64,000 nt of DNA from Candidatus Latescibacterota bacterium (GTDB lineage Bacteria > Latescibacterota > UBA2968): positions 5,024,001-5,088,000 of the forward strand of contig OZ242010.1 in assembly GCA_965204745.1 (NCBI GenBank), in the 5' to 3' direction. This document shows positions 30,586 through 41,466 of this stretch, one piece after another. Under the pieces are notes generated by a model. It searched no databases. It saw only the letters and a list, made by a program, of their open reading frames with translations, and was not told where the DNA came from. Within the stretch, counting starts at the first letter, position 1; each line of letters begins with the position of its first letter. Both the position numbers and the translations under genes were made by a program.

Positions 30586-32037
30586 TCAATACCGATACAA
30601 CGCTGGCTTATACGGCCCTTCGACGGACACGCCGATGTACTCGGCCTGTTCTTTGGTGAGCGCGGTCAACTTGACGCCGAGTTTTGCGAGGTGGAGGCGT
30701 GCGACTTCTTCGTCGAGGTGTTTGGGCAGGGTGTACACGCCGACAGAGGGTTCTGTTGCCCACAAGTGCATTTGGGCCAAAACCTGATTGGTAAAGGAAT
30801 TGGACATCACAAAGGACGGGTGCCCGGTTGCACAGCCGAGGTTGACCAGTCGGCCTTCGGCGAGCAAAAAGATGGCGTGCCCGTCTGGGAACGTGTACTT
30901 ATCCACCTGCGGCTTGATGTTCTCGCGCACAATGCCGGGGTATGCGTTGAGCGCGTGAACCTGAATCTCATTGTCAAAATGCCCGATGTTGCAAACGATG
31001 GCTTGGTCGCGCATGTTCGCCAGGTGTTCGATGCGGATAATGTCCGTATTGCCGGTCGTGGTGACAAAGATATTGGCTTCGGGCAGGGCGTCTTCCACAG
31101 TCGTCACCTCAAACCCTTCCATCGCGGCTTGCAACGCGCAGATCGGATCGATTTCCGTGATGAGCACGCGCGCGCCAAACCCGCGCATGGACTGGGCACA
31201 CCCCTTGCCCACATCGCCGTACCCGCAGATGCACACCACCTTGCCGGCCACCATCACATCCGTGGCGCGCTTGATCCCATCCGCGAGCGATTCGCGGCAG
31301 CCGTAGAGGTTGTCGAATTTCGCTTTGGTGATCGAATCGTTGACATTGATCGCCGGAAAGAGAAGCGCGCCCTCGCCGTGCATCTGATAGAGGCGGTGAA
31401 CGCCGGTTGTGGTCTCTTCCGAGACGCCTTGAATATCGGCGACCATGTCGTGCCAAAAGCGCGGATGGCGTTCGAGTTGCCGCCTGAGCACGGCATTGAC
31501 GATCTCGAGTTCTCTGTTCTCCGTGGGTTCGTCTAAAATGGCTGGATCGCCTTCGGCCCGATACCCCCTGTGAACCAACAAAGTCGCATCGCCCCCGTCA
31601 TCCACGATCAGGCTTGGGCCGCCCGCTGGAAAATTCAGGGCTTGCAACGTGCATTCCCAATACTCCTCCAGCGATTCGCCCTTCCAAGCATAGACGGCCG
31701 TGCCGGCCTCGGCTATGGCGGCGGCGGCGTGGTCTTGCGTGGAAAAAATATTGCACGATGCCCAGCGCACATCCGCGCCGAGTGCTTGGAGCGACTCGAT
31801 CAGCACCGCGGTTTGAATCGTCATGTGAAGCGATCCGGTGATGCGCGCGCCGCGCAAGGGTTGCTGGTCCGCGTACTTTTCGCGCACCGCCATCAGGCCG
31901 GGCATTTCGCGCTCGGCTATGGCGATTTCCTTGCGCCCAAAATCCGCCAGCGTCTCATCGGCCACTTTGTGGGGCAAGTGCGAATAATCGGGAAGTTGAA
32001 TGTCAGTCGCGCTCTCGAACACCAGTGTATCTGCCAT
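30586..32037 (-). CDS. ahcY: Adenosylhomocysteinase
   Basis: [55 protein letters not shown]. Confidence 0.98.
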   Translation of the reverse strand: MADTLVFESATDIQLPDYSHLPHKVADETLADFGRKEIAIAEREMPGLMAVREKYADQQPLRGARITGSLHMTIQTAVLIESLQALGADVRWASCNIFSTQDHAAAAIAEAGTAVYAWKGESLEEYWECTLQALNFPAGGPSLIVDDGGDATLLVHRGYRAEGDPAILDEPTENRELEIVNAVLRRQLERHPRFWHDMVADIQGVSEETTTGVHRLYQMHGEGALLFPAINVNDSITKAKFDNLYGCRESLADGIKRATDVMVAGKVVCICGYGDVGKGCAQSMRGFGARVLITEIDPICALQAAMEGFEVTTVEDALPEANIFVTTTGNTDIIRIEHLANMRDQAIVCNIGHFDNEIQVHALNAYPGIVRENIKPQVDKYTFPDGHAIFLLAEGRLVNLGCATGHPSFVMSNSFTNQVLAQMHLWATEPSVGVYTLPKHLDEEVARLHLAKLGVKLTALTKEQAEYIGVSVEGPYKPALYRY

Positions 32038-32082
32038 TTTATCTCCTTTCTCGGTGAGTTGTTGGGCAAGCCGCGCAGATTG

Positions 32083-32111
32083 AAGTTACCAACTATCGGG
32101 CAATCCGTCAA
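32083..32111 (-). promoter_or_regulatory. Putative sigma70 promoter of ahcY-metF
   Basis: TTGACG-N17-TAACTT. Confidence 0.55.
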
Positions 32112-32209
32112 TTGTTCTCTCGCTTGTTTCGCCTTTGCGTTCTAGGCGCGCTTTTGTATATTAGAGCGGTTCGCAGTCGGCAAAAGAACGCTCAACACAG
32201 GAGGAGACA

Positions 32210-32689
32210 ATGATGGAGCGCGCTGTGGTGATCTTTTTGGGGGGGATGCTCATGGCGGGATGCCAGATGCCCTCGCTCTTTGAAGGCCAGACGCAAATGA
32301 CGCAGTACGGTCGCGTGCGGGCAGAAGGGCAATACAACAATGGGGTGCGAGACGGGGTTTGGACGTATTACGACGCACAGGGCAATGTGCAGGGGCAGGG
32401 CACGTACAAAGATGGCAGGATGCAAAACGGCCTTGAAATCACGTTTCACAGCAATGGGCAAAAAAAGACAGAAGGCATGTGGACCAACGCGCAGAAAGAC
32501 GGGCGCTGGGTGTTCTATTTTAGAAGCGGTATAAAAAAAGAGGAAGGGCTTTACCTCGACGGGAAGAAAACAGGCGTGTGGCGCGAATACGACCCGTCCT
32601 CTTTCTACGCGCTGGAAAAGGTGTTTGAAGAGGACAAAATGGTCGGCTGGCGCGAATTTAACCTGGCCCGACTGGGCAATCCATTGTGA
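32210..32689 (+). CDS. MORN-variant/YwqK-like repeat lipoprotein
   Basis: Lipobox-like LMAGC; repeats such as GQYNNGVRDGVWTYY; AGGAGG RBS. Confidence 0.75.
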   Translation: MMERAVVIFLGGMLMAGCQMPSLFEGQTQMTQYGRVRAEGQYNNGVRDGVWTYYDAQGNVQGQGTYKDGRMQNGLEITFHSNGQKKTEGMWTNAQKDGRWVFYFRSGIKKEEGLYLDGKKTGVWREYDPSSFYALEKVFEEDKMVGWREFNLARLGNPL

Positions 32690-32841
32690 AAAAGCAACAG
32701 ATGAACGCGGATGAAAGGGGTCGTGCGTCAACTTGCACGGCCCCTTTTTTTTGTCGTAGCCTACACCGGAGCGGAGCGAGGATCGGGTCCACCTTTTTTG
32801 CTTAGGCGGTCTTTTCCCCCTTCCTGTCAGGAAGATGGAAG

Positions 32842-33149
32842 TTAGGTTCTGTTGACATTTTATATTTTTTGACGTTACGCACAGAGTAGCAAATGTGTTG
32901 CTTGCTCATTTAAGGCGTTTGGTCCTTTGATGGCTTAGGTTGCTCTGATGGCGTGGCGCGAGGGGACCTATCCCCCGGCCCCTTTCCTACGAGGAAAGGG
33001 GAGTAAAGTCCCTTTGATGGCTTCTCGCTCTGGTTGCTCTGATGGCTTTTGCGAGGGCATAAAGCGATTAAATATCCCTCATCAATACCCTCGCAAAACC
33101 GCTCACAGTTCCCCCTTCCTCGCAGGAAGGGGGTTAGGGGGTAGGTCCC
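32842..33149. repeat. IS-end-like left terminus (TAGGTTCTGTTGACATTT) plus nested R1 element; truncated version of 54264-54713
   Basis: Colinear similarity with 54264-54597. Confidence 0.7.
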
Positions 33150-33155
33150 ATAAAA

Positions 33156-34091
33156 TCACACCGGCATGCTACGGCCCGAATGCGCTCGGCCGATCCGTGC
33201 GGTCTCTTCTTTGCCGCCCGCGATGACGCGCACGCCCTCGTCGATTTTTGACGCGATGGTTTCCGGGCTGGCCCCTTCGAGAAACGCGATGCCATTTTCC
33301 GCACACGCGGCTTTGATGCGATCCCGAATGGTTTGTATCTCCGGCGGGATGGGCGTTGGACGGTGCAAATAGCCCATGGACATGCTCAAATCCCCAATCC
33401 CCATTTCGGCAAACCCGATGCCGCGCACTTTGAGGATTTGTTCGATATTGGACGCGCCGCGCACATTCTCGATCTTGAGACCCAGTAACAATTCGCCATC
33501 CGGGTTTAGAGGATAGGGATCGGCTTTTTGAACGTACTCATCCCGGCTGACGCCCCATATCGCTGCGGCATGGGATTCGGACCCCACGCCTCGGATGCCC
33601 GTGCCCAACACGTTCTGTACCCATTTCCCCCGATCCACCAACCACGGTCGGCTATCCGCGTCAGGGTCGTTTTCAGTGCCGATTTTGTTGATGGGATAGC
33701 GACACGATTCGACAAAGGCGCGCACCGCATCCGCGGATTCGGTCTGACAGAGCAAAATGCCGTGGACGCCGCGCGCGAGAATTTGGCGAAATTGCCACGC
33801 ATTGTAGCGCACGATTTGCTCGTTCGCGCCCTCCACCGGGGCTTCGACAATGACGGCCGGCGTCCTGTGCCCGCTGTTCGTCGGCCCGCCCGCGACCAAC
33901 CCGCGCATGTACTCGTCCAGCCCGGCCAAATTGAACGCCCCATGTTCCATGCCCACATTGATGTAATCCGCCCAAGTGCTGGCGTCTTTCTCGCCCTGCT
34001 CAAAGGTGAGCACATGCCCGGTGTGCGCGCCCATGTAATAAATGGGTTGATCCTGCGACAACAATTCAACTGCGCGATTGATGCGATTCAT
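33156..34091 (-). CDS. HpcH/HpaI aldolase / citrate lyase family protein
   Basis: MEHGAFN, RQILARGVHGILL, LKIE, GIGDLSMSMG. Confidence 0.8.
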   Translation of the reverse strand: MNRINRAVELLSQDQPIYYMGAHTGHVLTFEQGEKDASTWADYINVGMEHGAFNLAGLDEYMRGLVAGGPTNSGHRTPAVIVEAPVEGANEQIVRYNAWQFRQILARGVHGILLCQTESADAVRAFVESCRYPINKIGTENDPDADSRPWLVDRGKWVQNVLGTGIRGVGSESHAAAIWGVSRDEYVQKADPYPLNPDGELLLGLKIENVRGASNIEQILKVRGIGFAEMGIGDLSMSMGYLHRPTPIPPEIQTIRDRIKAACAENGIAFLEGASPETIASKIDEGVRVIAGGKEETARIGRAHSGRSMPV

Positions 34092-34321
34092 TTTGAAATC
34101 CTTTCGGTTAGAAGTCAGTCGTCAGTGGTCAATGGTCAGTGGTCAGCCCGCCCAACCCCTCCCCACCGTCAGTCCAGCGCACGCCTGACCGCGGCCTTCT
34201 TGCGTCTCGCGTCTTACATCTCACCGCCTTTGAACGTGGCCTTCTCGCGTCTTACGTCTTACGTCTCACCGCCTTTGGCCGCGGCCTTCTCGCGTCTTAC
34301 GTCTCACCGCCTTTACCGCCT

Positions 34322-35125
34322 TTAACCCACGCTCGCATTCTCCCACGTCTGATACCACTTGCGATAGCCGGTTTCCACGGGTTCGAGATGCCCGACCTCA
34401 AATTCGAGCGCGTAATCGCGGTCATAGCCCAGGCCTTCCACTTGCGTCCACACCCAGCGAAAGTCGATGATGCCATCGCCGAGCATACAGCGTTCCCATT
34501 GGCCTGCGGCGTTGTAATCGCCATCCTTGATATGGACGTGGACGATGTGATCCTTGAACACGTCAAAAGCGGCTTGGTAGTCCGTGCCCGCGGCCATGAG
34601 ATTGCAGGGTTCGTACAAAATCCCAAAGTACTTTGACCCCACTTTTTCGCACAACTCCAAGCAGACCGCTGGATCGCCCGAAATTTCTGTGCCGTGGTTT
34701 TCAATGCCCATGTAAATGCCCAGTTTTTCCGCGTATTCCGATGCCGCGCGAAACTGGGGCACGAGCGCGTCAATGGATGCGCGTTTGCTATCGCCGGGCA
34801 CAATGCGAATGGACTTTGCCCCAAACGCCTTGCCCACGTCCAGCGTCTTTTTCAATTCGTCTATCGCGGCGCGGCGGACATCCTCGGAGTCGGCGACAAA
34901 ATCCCGGCCGCAGTACGACCCGATATTTGCCAGTGCAACGCCATGCTTATCGCACGCCCGGCCCAAAGCGTCCAGGTCGTAATCCGGATCCGTGACGGAA
35001 AAATGGGGCATACGTCCCAACAGGTCAATTTTGTCAAATCCCGATTCGGCAACCACGCGAAACGTCTCGTCCAAACCTCTATTCCGCAAGGGAATACTAC
35101 ATGCGGAAATGCGCGTCACATCCAT
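34322..35125 (-). CDS. Sugar-phosphate isomerase/epimerase (xylose isomerase-like TIM barrel)
   Basis: IENH, YEPCN, HVHIKD, LGDGIID, LEFE. Confidence 0.85.
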   Translation of the reverse strand: MDVTRISACSIPLRNRGLDETFRVVAESGFDKIDLLGRMPHFSVTDPDYDLDALGRACDKHGVALANIGSYCGRDFVADSEDVRRAAIDELKKTLDVGKAFGAKSIRIVPGDSKRASIDALVPQFRAASEYAEKLGIYMGIENHGTEISGDPAVCLELCEKVGSKYFGILYEPCNLMAAGTDYQAAFDVFKDHIVHVHIKDGDYNAAGQWERCMLGDGIIDFRWVWTQVEGLGYDRDYALEFEVGHLEPVETGYRKWYQTWENASVG

Positions 35126-35784
35126 GTCAAATCTCCTTAAAAGCAAATTAACGGATGAAAATTTTAGGAACAGGCCCCCCCGTGCCTGTCCTTATAGATA
35201 ATAAACTCTCAGCGGTTAGCCCGCAACCCTGCCACCCGTGCGTGCCCTTCCCACCCCGCCGTGTCTGAATCGCGGATTAAACGGATTACGCAGATTACGC
35301 GGATTACCCCACACATCCCTACCGCCGCATCATCGTTCCCACTCCGCTATGTCCTTCGCATCCCCACCGCCATAGACCTATCCCCCCGGCCCCCTTTCCT
35401 ACAAGGAAAGGGGGAGCACATGGCTTTCTTGAAGGTTTGTATCCCTAGCTGTCCTGATGGCTTTGAGCGAATGGATCACGCCATGAAAATCCAAACCCCT
35501 CTCGCGCAATCCCCGCGCAAAACCTCTCGCCATTCCCCCTTCCTCGCAGGAAGGGGGCGAGGGGGTAGGTCCCCTCGCAAAAACGCTCACTGGTTCCCCC
35601 TTTCTCGCAGGCACAGGCGTAGCCTACAACGAAGCGAAGTGAGTAACAGGGGTTAGGGGATAGGTCCCGATAATGTAGCGTTCCTTACAACCTTAAAAAA
35701 AAATAAAACGAGGCGATTTCCTTTTTGGAGATCGCCTCATTTTATTTTTCTTTGTTTCAGGGAGAATTGCGACTCCCCTTTTGA

Positions 35785-36108
35785 TTACGTGCAGCCCGTC
35801 GGCGTTGGCAGGCCCGCGATTTTGCACGCGCCATCTGCCGGGCCCGCGGGAAACAGATCGTAAATGGTATCGATGTCTTTCTCGGTCTCTTTGCACAGCC
35901 GCCGGATCAGCGGGGCGATCTCGAATTTCAGCCAGTAATTGCGGATGTAATACACCACCTGCCAATGATCCGCGCCCATCTCATCGATGCCATCTCGCCC
36001 GGCCAGATCGCGCGCCACGGCTTCGTCCCACAACTCGGGCTGTTGGATAAACCCATCTTCATCCACCTCAATTTCCTTGCCGCCCAGCATCGCAATTTGA
36101 TATGCCAA
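35785..36108 (-). CDS. DsrC/TusE family sulfur carrier with C-X10-C C-terminal arm
   Basis: VDEDGF, HWQVVYYIRNY, LFPAGPADGACKIAGLPTPTGCT; GGAGG before TTG. Confidence 0.92.
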   Translation of the reverse strand: MAYQIAMLGGKEIEVDEDGFIQQPELWDEAVARDLAGRDGIDEMGADHWQVVYYIRNYWLKFEIAPLIRRLCKETEKDIDTIYDLFPAGPADGACKIAGLPTPTGCT

Positions 36109-37285
36109 CGCCGCCTCCTATTCGCCCGTGTCGTTTGGCAATATCGCGCAAGCCCTCAATCGCGGTCTCGACATGCGCTTCGGTATTGAAAGGGCCGAGG
36201 GAAATCCGCACCGTGCCCTTCATCTCCTGCGTGCCCAACCGCTCGTGAACCCTAGGCGCGCATTGCAACCCGGTGCGCGTTGCCACATTGAACTTTACAT
36301 CCAGCAAAATGCCCACATTATTCGCCGTCATCCCCGCGAGATTGACCGACAGCACGGGCACGCGCTGATCGATTTCTTCGGCGCAGTACAAAATGCACCC
36401 CTCAACACTGCGGAGACCCTCGACCAAGCGTGTGAACAACGCCATCTCGCGCGCGTGAATATTCTCCACGCCCTCGCGCTCAAGCCATTTTTGCGCGGAT
36501 AACAACCCCGCAATGCCCAGCAAATTGCCCGTGCCGCACTCCAATCGCCAGGGATACTCCTCCAAGTGATCCGGATATTCTGACCGCACGCCCGTGCCGC
36601 CATATCGCAACGGCGCCACAGACACCCCCTCGCGCACGTACATCCCGCCCGTACCCGTTGGCCCCATCAGGGACTTGTGCCCGGTAAAGCACAAAATATC
36701 GGCCTGCATCGCCTCCATGTCTATCGGCAACGCGCCCGCGGTCTGCGCGGCATCCACGCAAAAAATCACACCTCTCGCCCGACAAATCGCGCCGACCACA
36801 TGCACGGGTTGCACCGTCCCCAACACATTGGAAGCGTGGGGCATTACCACCAATTTCGTATTCGACTGGATCGCGTTGGCAACATCATCCGGATCCACAA
36901 CGCCATCGGCCCCAAACCCCACATGCGTCACCTCGACCCCCTCGTACTTTGTGAGATGGTAAATGGGGCGCAAAACCGAATTGTGATCCAAAAGCGTCGC
37001 GATCACATGATCCCCGGCTTGCAACGTGCCCTGAATCGCAATATTCAAAGCATCAGACGCATTATAGGTCAACACCAACCGATCCGGACTGCCCGTGGCC
37101 CCAAAGAACGCCGCCAACGCAACGCGCGCCTCGGCCACCATCGCCTCGGCCTCCCGCGCCAAATCCGTGCCACTGCGCCCGGGGTTCACCCCGTACTGCC
37201 GATAAAACGCCAGCGCGTCCTCCAGCACCCCCGGCGGCTTCGGAAACGTCGTCGCCGCATTGTCCATGTAAATTAAATTGGTCAT
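36068..37285 (-). CDS. Cysteine desulfurase (class V aminotransferase, group II-like)
   Basis: YMDNAATT, HNSV, HASNVLG, DAAQTAG, TGHKSL (PLP Lys), RTGLQCAP (catalytic Cys). Confidence 0.9.
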   Translation of the reverse strand: MTNLIYMDNAATTFPKPPGVLEDALAFYRQYGVNPGRSGTDLAREAEAMVAEARVALAAFFGATGSPDRLVLTYNASDALNIAIQGTLQAGDHVIATLLDHNSVLRPIYHLTKYEGVEVTHVGFGADGVVDPDDVANAIQSNTKLVVMPHASNVLGTVQPVHVVGAICRARGVIFCVDAAQTAGALPIDMEAMQADILCFTGHKSLMGPTGTGGMYVREGVSVAPLRYGGTGVRSEYPDHLEEYPWRLECGTGNLLGIAGLLSAQKWLEREGVENIHAREMALFTRLVEGLRSVEGCILYCAEEIDQRVPVLSVNLAGMTANNVGILLDVKFNVATRTGLQCAPRVHERLGTQEMKGTVRISLGPFNTEAHVETAIEGLRDIAKRHGRIGGGVGISNCDAGRQGN

Positions 37286-37678
37286 CGTGATACCAGATTG
37301 AATTGCTGTTATCCTGATATGATGCGATATGCTATCCGCAACGGATACTCTTGGCGTTCCGCAGTCATTCAGAGAAGCCATGGCAACCAGGCCATCGCAA
37401 AACACAATCCGATAAAGCCATCAAGCACAGCGCGTAAGGCCGTTTCGCAACCAACATCCATTATGCAACCTCCTTTGCAGGCTGGCGCGTATCGTCCTGT
37501 TACAAAAGCGATTTGCGCTGTGCAAGCCCCTCGGCGTTTGAGAGTGCCCTTTTTTGCTTCTTTTTTGGGCAAGCAAAAAAGAAGTCGCCGAAGGCATCGG
37601 AGGCAACCAACAATGCTGTAGGACCAAACGCCTTAAATGAGCAAGCAACACATTTGCCAGTTGTACCCCGCTCGCAGC

Positions 37679-39046
37679 TCAGCTCATCGGCTCTTGATCG
37701 AACACAACCGCATTATTCACCAACTCATGCACCCCTGCAATCTGCAACGCCATACCGTAATGGCGTGCAATTTCCATGAGTTGCGTGCGGCATTGCAAGC
37801 ACGAGGTCGAGACGACTTTCGCATCGGTCTCGCGCATCTGCTCGGCCTTTTTTTTGCCCGAAACCCGCATCCGAAACGCCCGCACCGAGCGCAGCGCGGA
37901 CAGCCCGCCGCCCCCACCACAGCACCATTGCGTATATCCTCCATCGGGCATCTCCCGATAATCCGCGCAGGCCGCTTGCAAAATGCGCCTCGGCTCTTCC
38001 ACAATCCCGCACCCGGCGGCGAATTGGCACGCGTCGTGATACGTCACGGCCTTGGGATTTTTGTCCGGATCCAATCTCAACTCGCCCTGCTCGATCTGCT
38101 GCGCCGTGTACTCGAACCCACTCGTAATTTCAAAGGGCAGGGTTCCCCACCAGCGGCCTTTGCTCGCCATGAACTTCATCACCCGATAGGCGTGCCCGCA
38201 CTCGCCCATCACCATCACCTCGCACCCCAATTTTTCGCATGCGTCGATATAGTGCTTGTTCTCGTACTTCATGGAAAAATTGTTCCCGGTCGTAAAGCCA
38301 AAATTCGATCCGTCAAACGCCCGCGAGCTCATCGTCCAATCCGCGCCTACGGCATGAAAAACCTTTGCCATACCCATCAGATTTTCCGCGTAAACCAGCA
38401 CATCGCCCGACGGCGGCAAAAAGAAAATCTCCGCGCCCGTGCGGTCTATGGGAATGGGAATATCCCGCCCGGTTTCCTCTTTGAGTTCCCCTTCGATAAA
38501 TCGAATCGCATCCAAAAACGCCTCGGGCGACGCGCCCTCCAAATTGCCGGTTTCAAATGAATTGTGCGTGCCCTGCGCGAGGGATGGCGGCGTAAGCCCC
38601 ATCAAATCCACCAGGGACCGCCCGACGCGCGAAATCACCGAATGATCGATCCCCACCGGACAAAACGCCGCGCACCGCCGACACGTCAAACACTCGTACA
38701 CGCGCTCGGCAAACACCTCGGCATCGTCGTTTTCAAAATCCGGCTTTGGAAAAATCGCATTCCAAAACCGCCCCCAAATGGTCGCGTACTTTTTGTACAG
38801 CCGAATCACTTGCCGCGAGCGTTCCACCGGATGCATGCGCTTATCCGGTTGCCCGTAATACACCGGGCACTCCTGCGCGCACACCCCGCATTTGGTACAC
38901 GTATCCATGTACAAGCGCAGTGCTGACGGCTCGTCCTGAATCTCGCGCACAAAGGGATCCGACTCCGCAATTCGCCGCATATACGTGCGGACCAACCCCG
39001 GCGGGATGTACTTCTTCTCGCGTTCTGTCTGCTTTGGCTTTTCCAC
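37679..39046 (-). CDS. DsrK-like (HdrD-type) Fe-S protein
   Basis: CTKCGVCAQEC and CLTCRRCAAFC ferredoxin motifs; ECGHAY; YHDAC; CCGGGGG; CLQC; GTG start after AGGGAG. Confidence 0.85.
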   Translation of the reverse strand: MEKPKQTEREKKYIPPGLVRTYMRRIAESDPFVREIQDEPSALRLYMDTCTKCGVCAQECPVYYGQPDKRMHPVERSRQVIRLYKKYATIWGRFWNAIFPKPDFENDDAEVFAERVYECLTCRRCAAFCPVGIDHSVISRVGRSLVDLMGLTPPSLAQGTHNSFETGNLEGASPEAFLDAIRFIEGELKEETGRDIPIPIDRTGAEIFFLPPSGDVLVYAENLMGMAKVFHAVGADWTMSSRAFDGSNFGFTTGNNFSMKYENKHYIDACEKLGCEVMVMGECGHAYRVMKFMASKGRWWGTLPFEITSGFEYTAQQIEQGELRLDPDKNPKAVTYHDACQFAAGCGIVEEPRRILQAACADYREMPDGGYTQWCCGGGGGLSALRSVRAFRMRVSGKKKAEQMRETDAKVVSTSCLQCRTQLMEIARHYGMALQIAGVHELVNNAVVFDQEPMS

Positions 39047-39059
39047 CGCTCGACTCCCT

Positions 39060-39818
39060 CTATTCACCTGCAAACGTATCGGATGTGCCCAAAAACGCAC
39101 GGCTCAAAAAAATCCCGCCCAAATGCAGCAAATGGGAAAACGGGATCGCGATCAGCAACGAGTATGCGGCGAGCAAGTGATAGACAAACATGGGTTGCAC
39201 CTCGAGCACCGGCGCCGTGCCGGTCAACAGCGCGGATGCGTATCGGCGCAACAGTTCGGCTGTCACCCCCTCGTCCAACAGCATGAGAAATGCTGTCACA
39301 GCAAAGCACAGGAGGATGAACTCCGCCAGATAGTCCCGAAAATCCGTAATCTCGCGCACGCGCTGAACCACGAGCCTGCGAACCCATAAATAAACGCCCG
39401 ACGCGCTCATCAACCCGCTACCTCCCAATGCCACAGCCAAACAAACCGCGTCCAACTCGGGCGGCAGTGCCACACGCACATGGGCAATGACCACCAGCAA
39501 CAGCCCCAAATGCAGGCACCAAGACCCCAACCACAACACCTTATCGCGCTTCCAAAGGCCGGTGAAAAACACAAACCCCTTGATCGTGCGTTTCCATTCC
39601 CCTCCCCGAGTGCGCGGTCGCCCGGGAAAAATGTCGATGGTCGGACGATACTGCCGCTTCCACACGCGATACACACGCCCTTTGCCGCCGGGCAACAACT
39701 TGAGTGCCGGATTGTAAAACCGCAACCACACCCAGATCCGCACGGTCAGCATAATAACATAAAAAGGACAGGCGAGATAGGGCAGGCGATACAGGATGAA
39801 GAAATCGAATGCGTCCAT
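39060..39818 (-). CDS. DsrM/NarI-like membrane diheme cytochrome b
   Basis: His pairs in LHLGLLLVVIAH and YHLL...IPFSHLLH; RRLVVQRVREIT..DY. Confidence 0.8.
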   Translation of the reverse strand: MDAFDFFILYRLPYLACPFYVIMLTVRIWVWLRFYNPALKLLPGGKGRVYRVWKRQYRPTIDIFPGRPRTRGGEWKRTIKGFVFFTGLWKRDKVLWLGSWCLHLGLLLVVIAHVRVALPPELDAVCLAVALGGSGLMSASGVYLWVRRLVVQRVREITDFRDYLAEFILLCFAVTAFLMLLDEGVTAELLRRYASALLTGTAPVLEVQPMFVYHLLAAYSLLIAIPFSHLLHLGGIFLSRAFLGTSDTFAGE

Positions 39819-39902
39819 AGATTAAGTTGCCAGCGGTCAACTTGCATTTTTTATTTTTTGGCGGATGGGGAAAGACAAAAGTCACTAGGTCGCGTTGACA
39901 TT

Positions 39903-40169
39903 TTATTTTTTTCCGATGAAAGTGGGAGCAATGCAAAAGAACGCGATTTTGGTAAGCAACCCAATCATGATTAGCCCCGCCCAAATTTTTCGGTTGATGC
40001 TCTCGATGCCGCGCTCAATCGAAGTCAGGCGCGATTCAATGCTCGCCATCCAAGTCCCCAATTGTTCAATAATGCCCTCAAGCCGTGAGATTCGGCTTTC
40101 GTGTTCAATCGTTTTTTTATCTCCTTCATCCCTTTCGATTTGGACATGTCTATTTAGTCGTACATTCAT
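39903..40169 (-). CDS. Small coiled-coil + TM protein, possibly a remnant; 3' part duplicated at 41141-41262
   Basis: ESRISRLEGIIEQL...IESRLTSIERGIESINRKIWAGLIMIGLL. Confidence 0.4.
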   Translation of the reverse strand: MNVRLNRHVQIERDEGDKKTIEHESRISRLEGIIEQLGTWMASIESRLTSIERGIESINRKIWAGLIMIGLLTKIAFFCIAPTFIGKK

Positions 40170-40403
40170 TGTCCTGATCAGTTTACCCAAAAACGCATCA
40201 AAAAACAAGGTTGAATTTCGCTATGACAGTGGCGCGGCGGGGACTGAAAGCCGAAAGCTGATTGCTGACCGCTACAAAAATCCCCATCTGAAATCGCTTG
40301 TGTGACCTCGGATGGGGCGGTGTTTTGGGGATTGTGTCTATGCGTTTTGTCGCGTACGATGAACCGAATCAAAACCCTTATCTCCAATTTCTCACCTTTT
40401 CTC

Positions 40404-40432
40404 TTGATATAGTCTTGAATATTTGGTATTTA
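40404..40432 (+). promoter_or_regulatory. Putative promoter of the DUF4160-DUF2442 pair
   Basis: TTGATA-N17-TATTTA with TGn extension. Confidence 0.5.
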
Positions 40433-40452
40433 ATTCATATTCGGAGGCAATA

Positions 40453-40689
40453 ATGCCAAGTGTCAGAAATATTCCTGGGCCATATCGGTTTTTCTTTTAT
40501 AGCTTTGATTGTAACGAACCCCAGCATGTGCATGTGAGACGAGACAAAAGAACATGCAAGTTTTGGCTTGAACCCGTTGCATTATGCAAAAATTACGGGT
40601 TTTCTCCCCATGAACTCAATGAAATTCGGCGGTTGATCCAATTGCACTTTGTGATAATTTTGGAGGCGTGGCGTGAACACTGTGAATAA
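40453..40689 (+). CDS. DUF4160 protein (putative toxin)
   Basis: YRFFFYSFDCNEPQHVHV...KFWLEPV...AWREH; GGAGG RBS. Confidence 0.85.
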   Translation: MPSVRNIPGPYRFFFYSFDCNEPQHVHVRRDKRTCKFWLEPVALCKNYGFSPHELNEIRRLIQLHFVIILEAWREHCE

Positions 40690-40939
40690 TATTGAACCTC
40701 GCATCAAAGCCATCGAAATTACTGAGGACCTGATCGTAGTTGATTTATTGGATGGCCGCACGATCAGCATACCGCTTGCTTGGTCTTGGCGACTTTCAGA
40801 TGCGACGCCCAATCAGCGTGAAAATTACGAATTTATCGGCGATGGACAGGGCGTTCACTGGCCTGATATCGATGAAGACATCAGTGCAGAAGGCATGTTG
40901 CGGGGCGTGCCAGCACGGCTTCCAAAACAGCGCGTGTGA
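40673..40939 (+). CDS. DUF2442 protein (putative antitoxin)
   Basis: DLLDGRTISIPLAWSWRL..AT..QREN...GVHWPDIDEDIS. Confidence 0.88.
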   Translation: MNTVNNIEPRIKAIEITEDLIVVDLLDGRTISIPLAWSWRLSDATPNQRENYEFIGDGQGVHWPDIDEDISAEGMLRGVPARLPKQRV

Positions 40940-41466
40940 AAATCGGTGACGAGTTTGGGTATATCAACCGAGCAGGTGAGTCATTATCAACCCGCAATTT
41001 TACGATGCTGGAAATTTTCAAAGTGATCTGTTGTGGTCTAATTGTGCATACAAAAAGCCCCATCTGAAATCGCTTGTGCGATCTCGGATGGGGCGGTGTT
41101 TTGGTGGCTGTGTTGACTAACTGGGGCGTGTGTGCAGACTCAAAAGAACGCGATTTTGGTAAGCAACCCGATCATGATGATTAGCCCCGCCCAAATTTTT
41201 CGGTTGATGCTCTCGATGCCGCGCTCAATTGAAGTCAGGCGCGATTCAATGCTCGCCATCCGAATCCCCAGTTGTCTCACCTCTCCCCTCTTGCGTTTTA
41301 CGTCTTTCCGGTGGAGCGGCGGGCCGGGGTAACTGACTACTGACCACTGACTACTGCCTTTTGCCTCTTGTATCTTCGACCAAGCACGGGGCATCGCCCC
41401 TACGATCTCACGTCTTACGTCTCACGTCTTGCCTCTTGCCTCTTGCCTCTTCCCTCTCACGCCTCA

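Noticed and set aside
32038-32200. SAH/SAM riboswitch upstream of ahcY
   Set aside because: The predicted leader is only about 40 nt and I recognised no riboswitch consensus.
40275-41104. Integron attC sites
   Set aside because: No RYYYAAC/GTTRRRY ends and no integrase; the hairpins look more like terminators.
41363-41376. CCTCTTGTATCTT as a relic IS110 junction (similar at about 19932)
   Set aside because: Explained by a heptamer tract abutting the REP-like GTATCTTCG...GCACGGG module (rc copy at 43815-43835); no further IS sequence follows.
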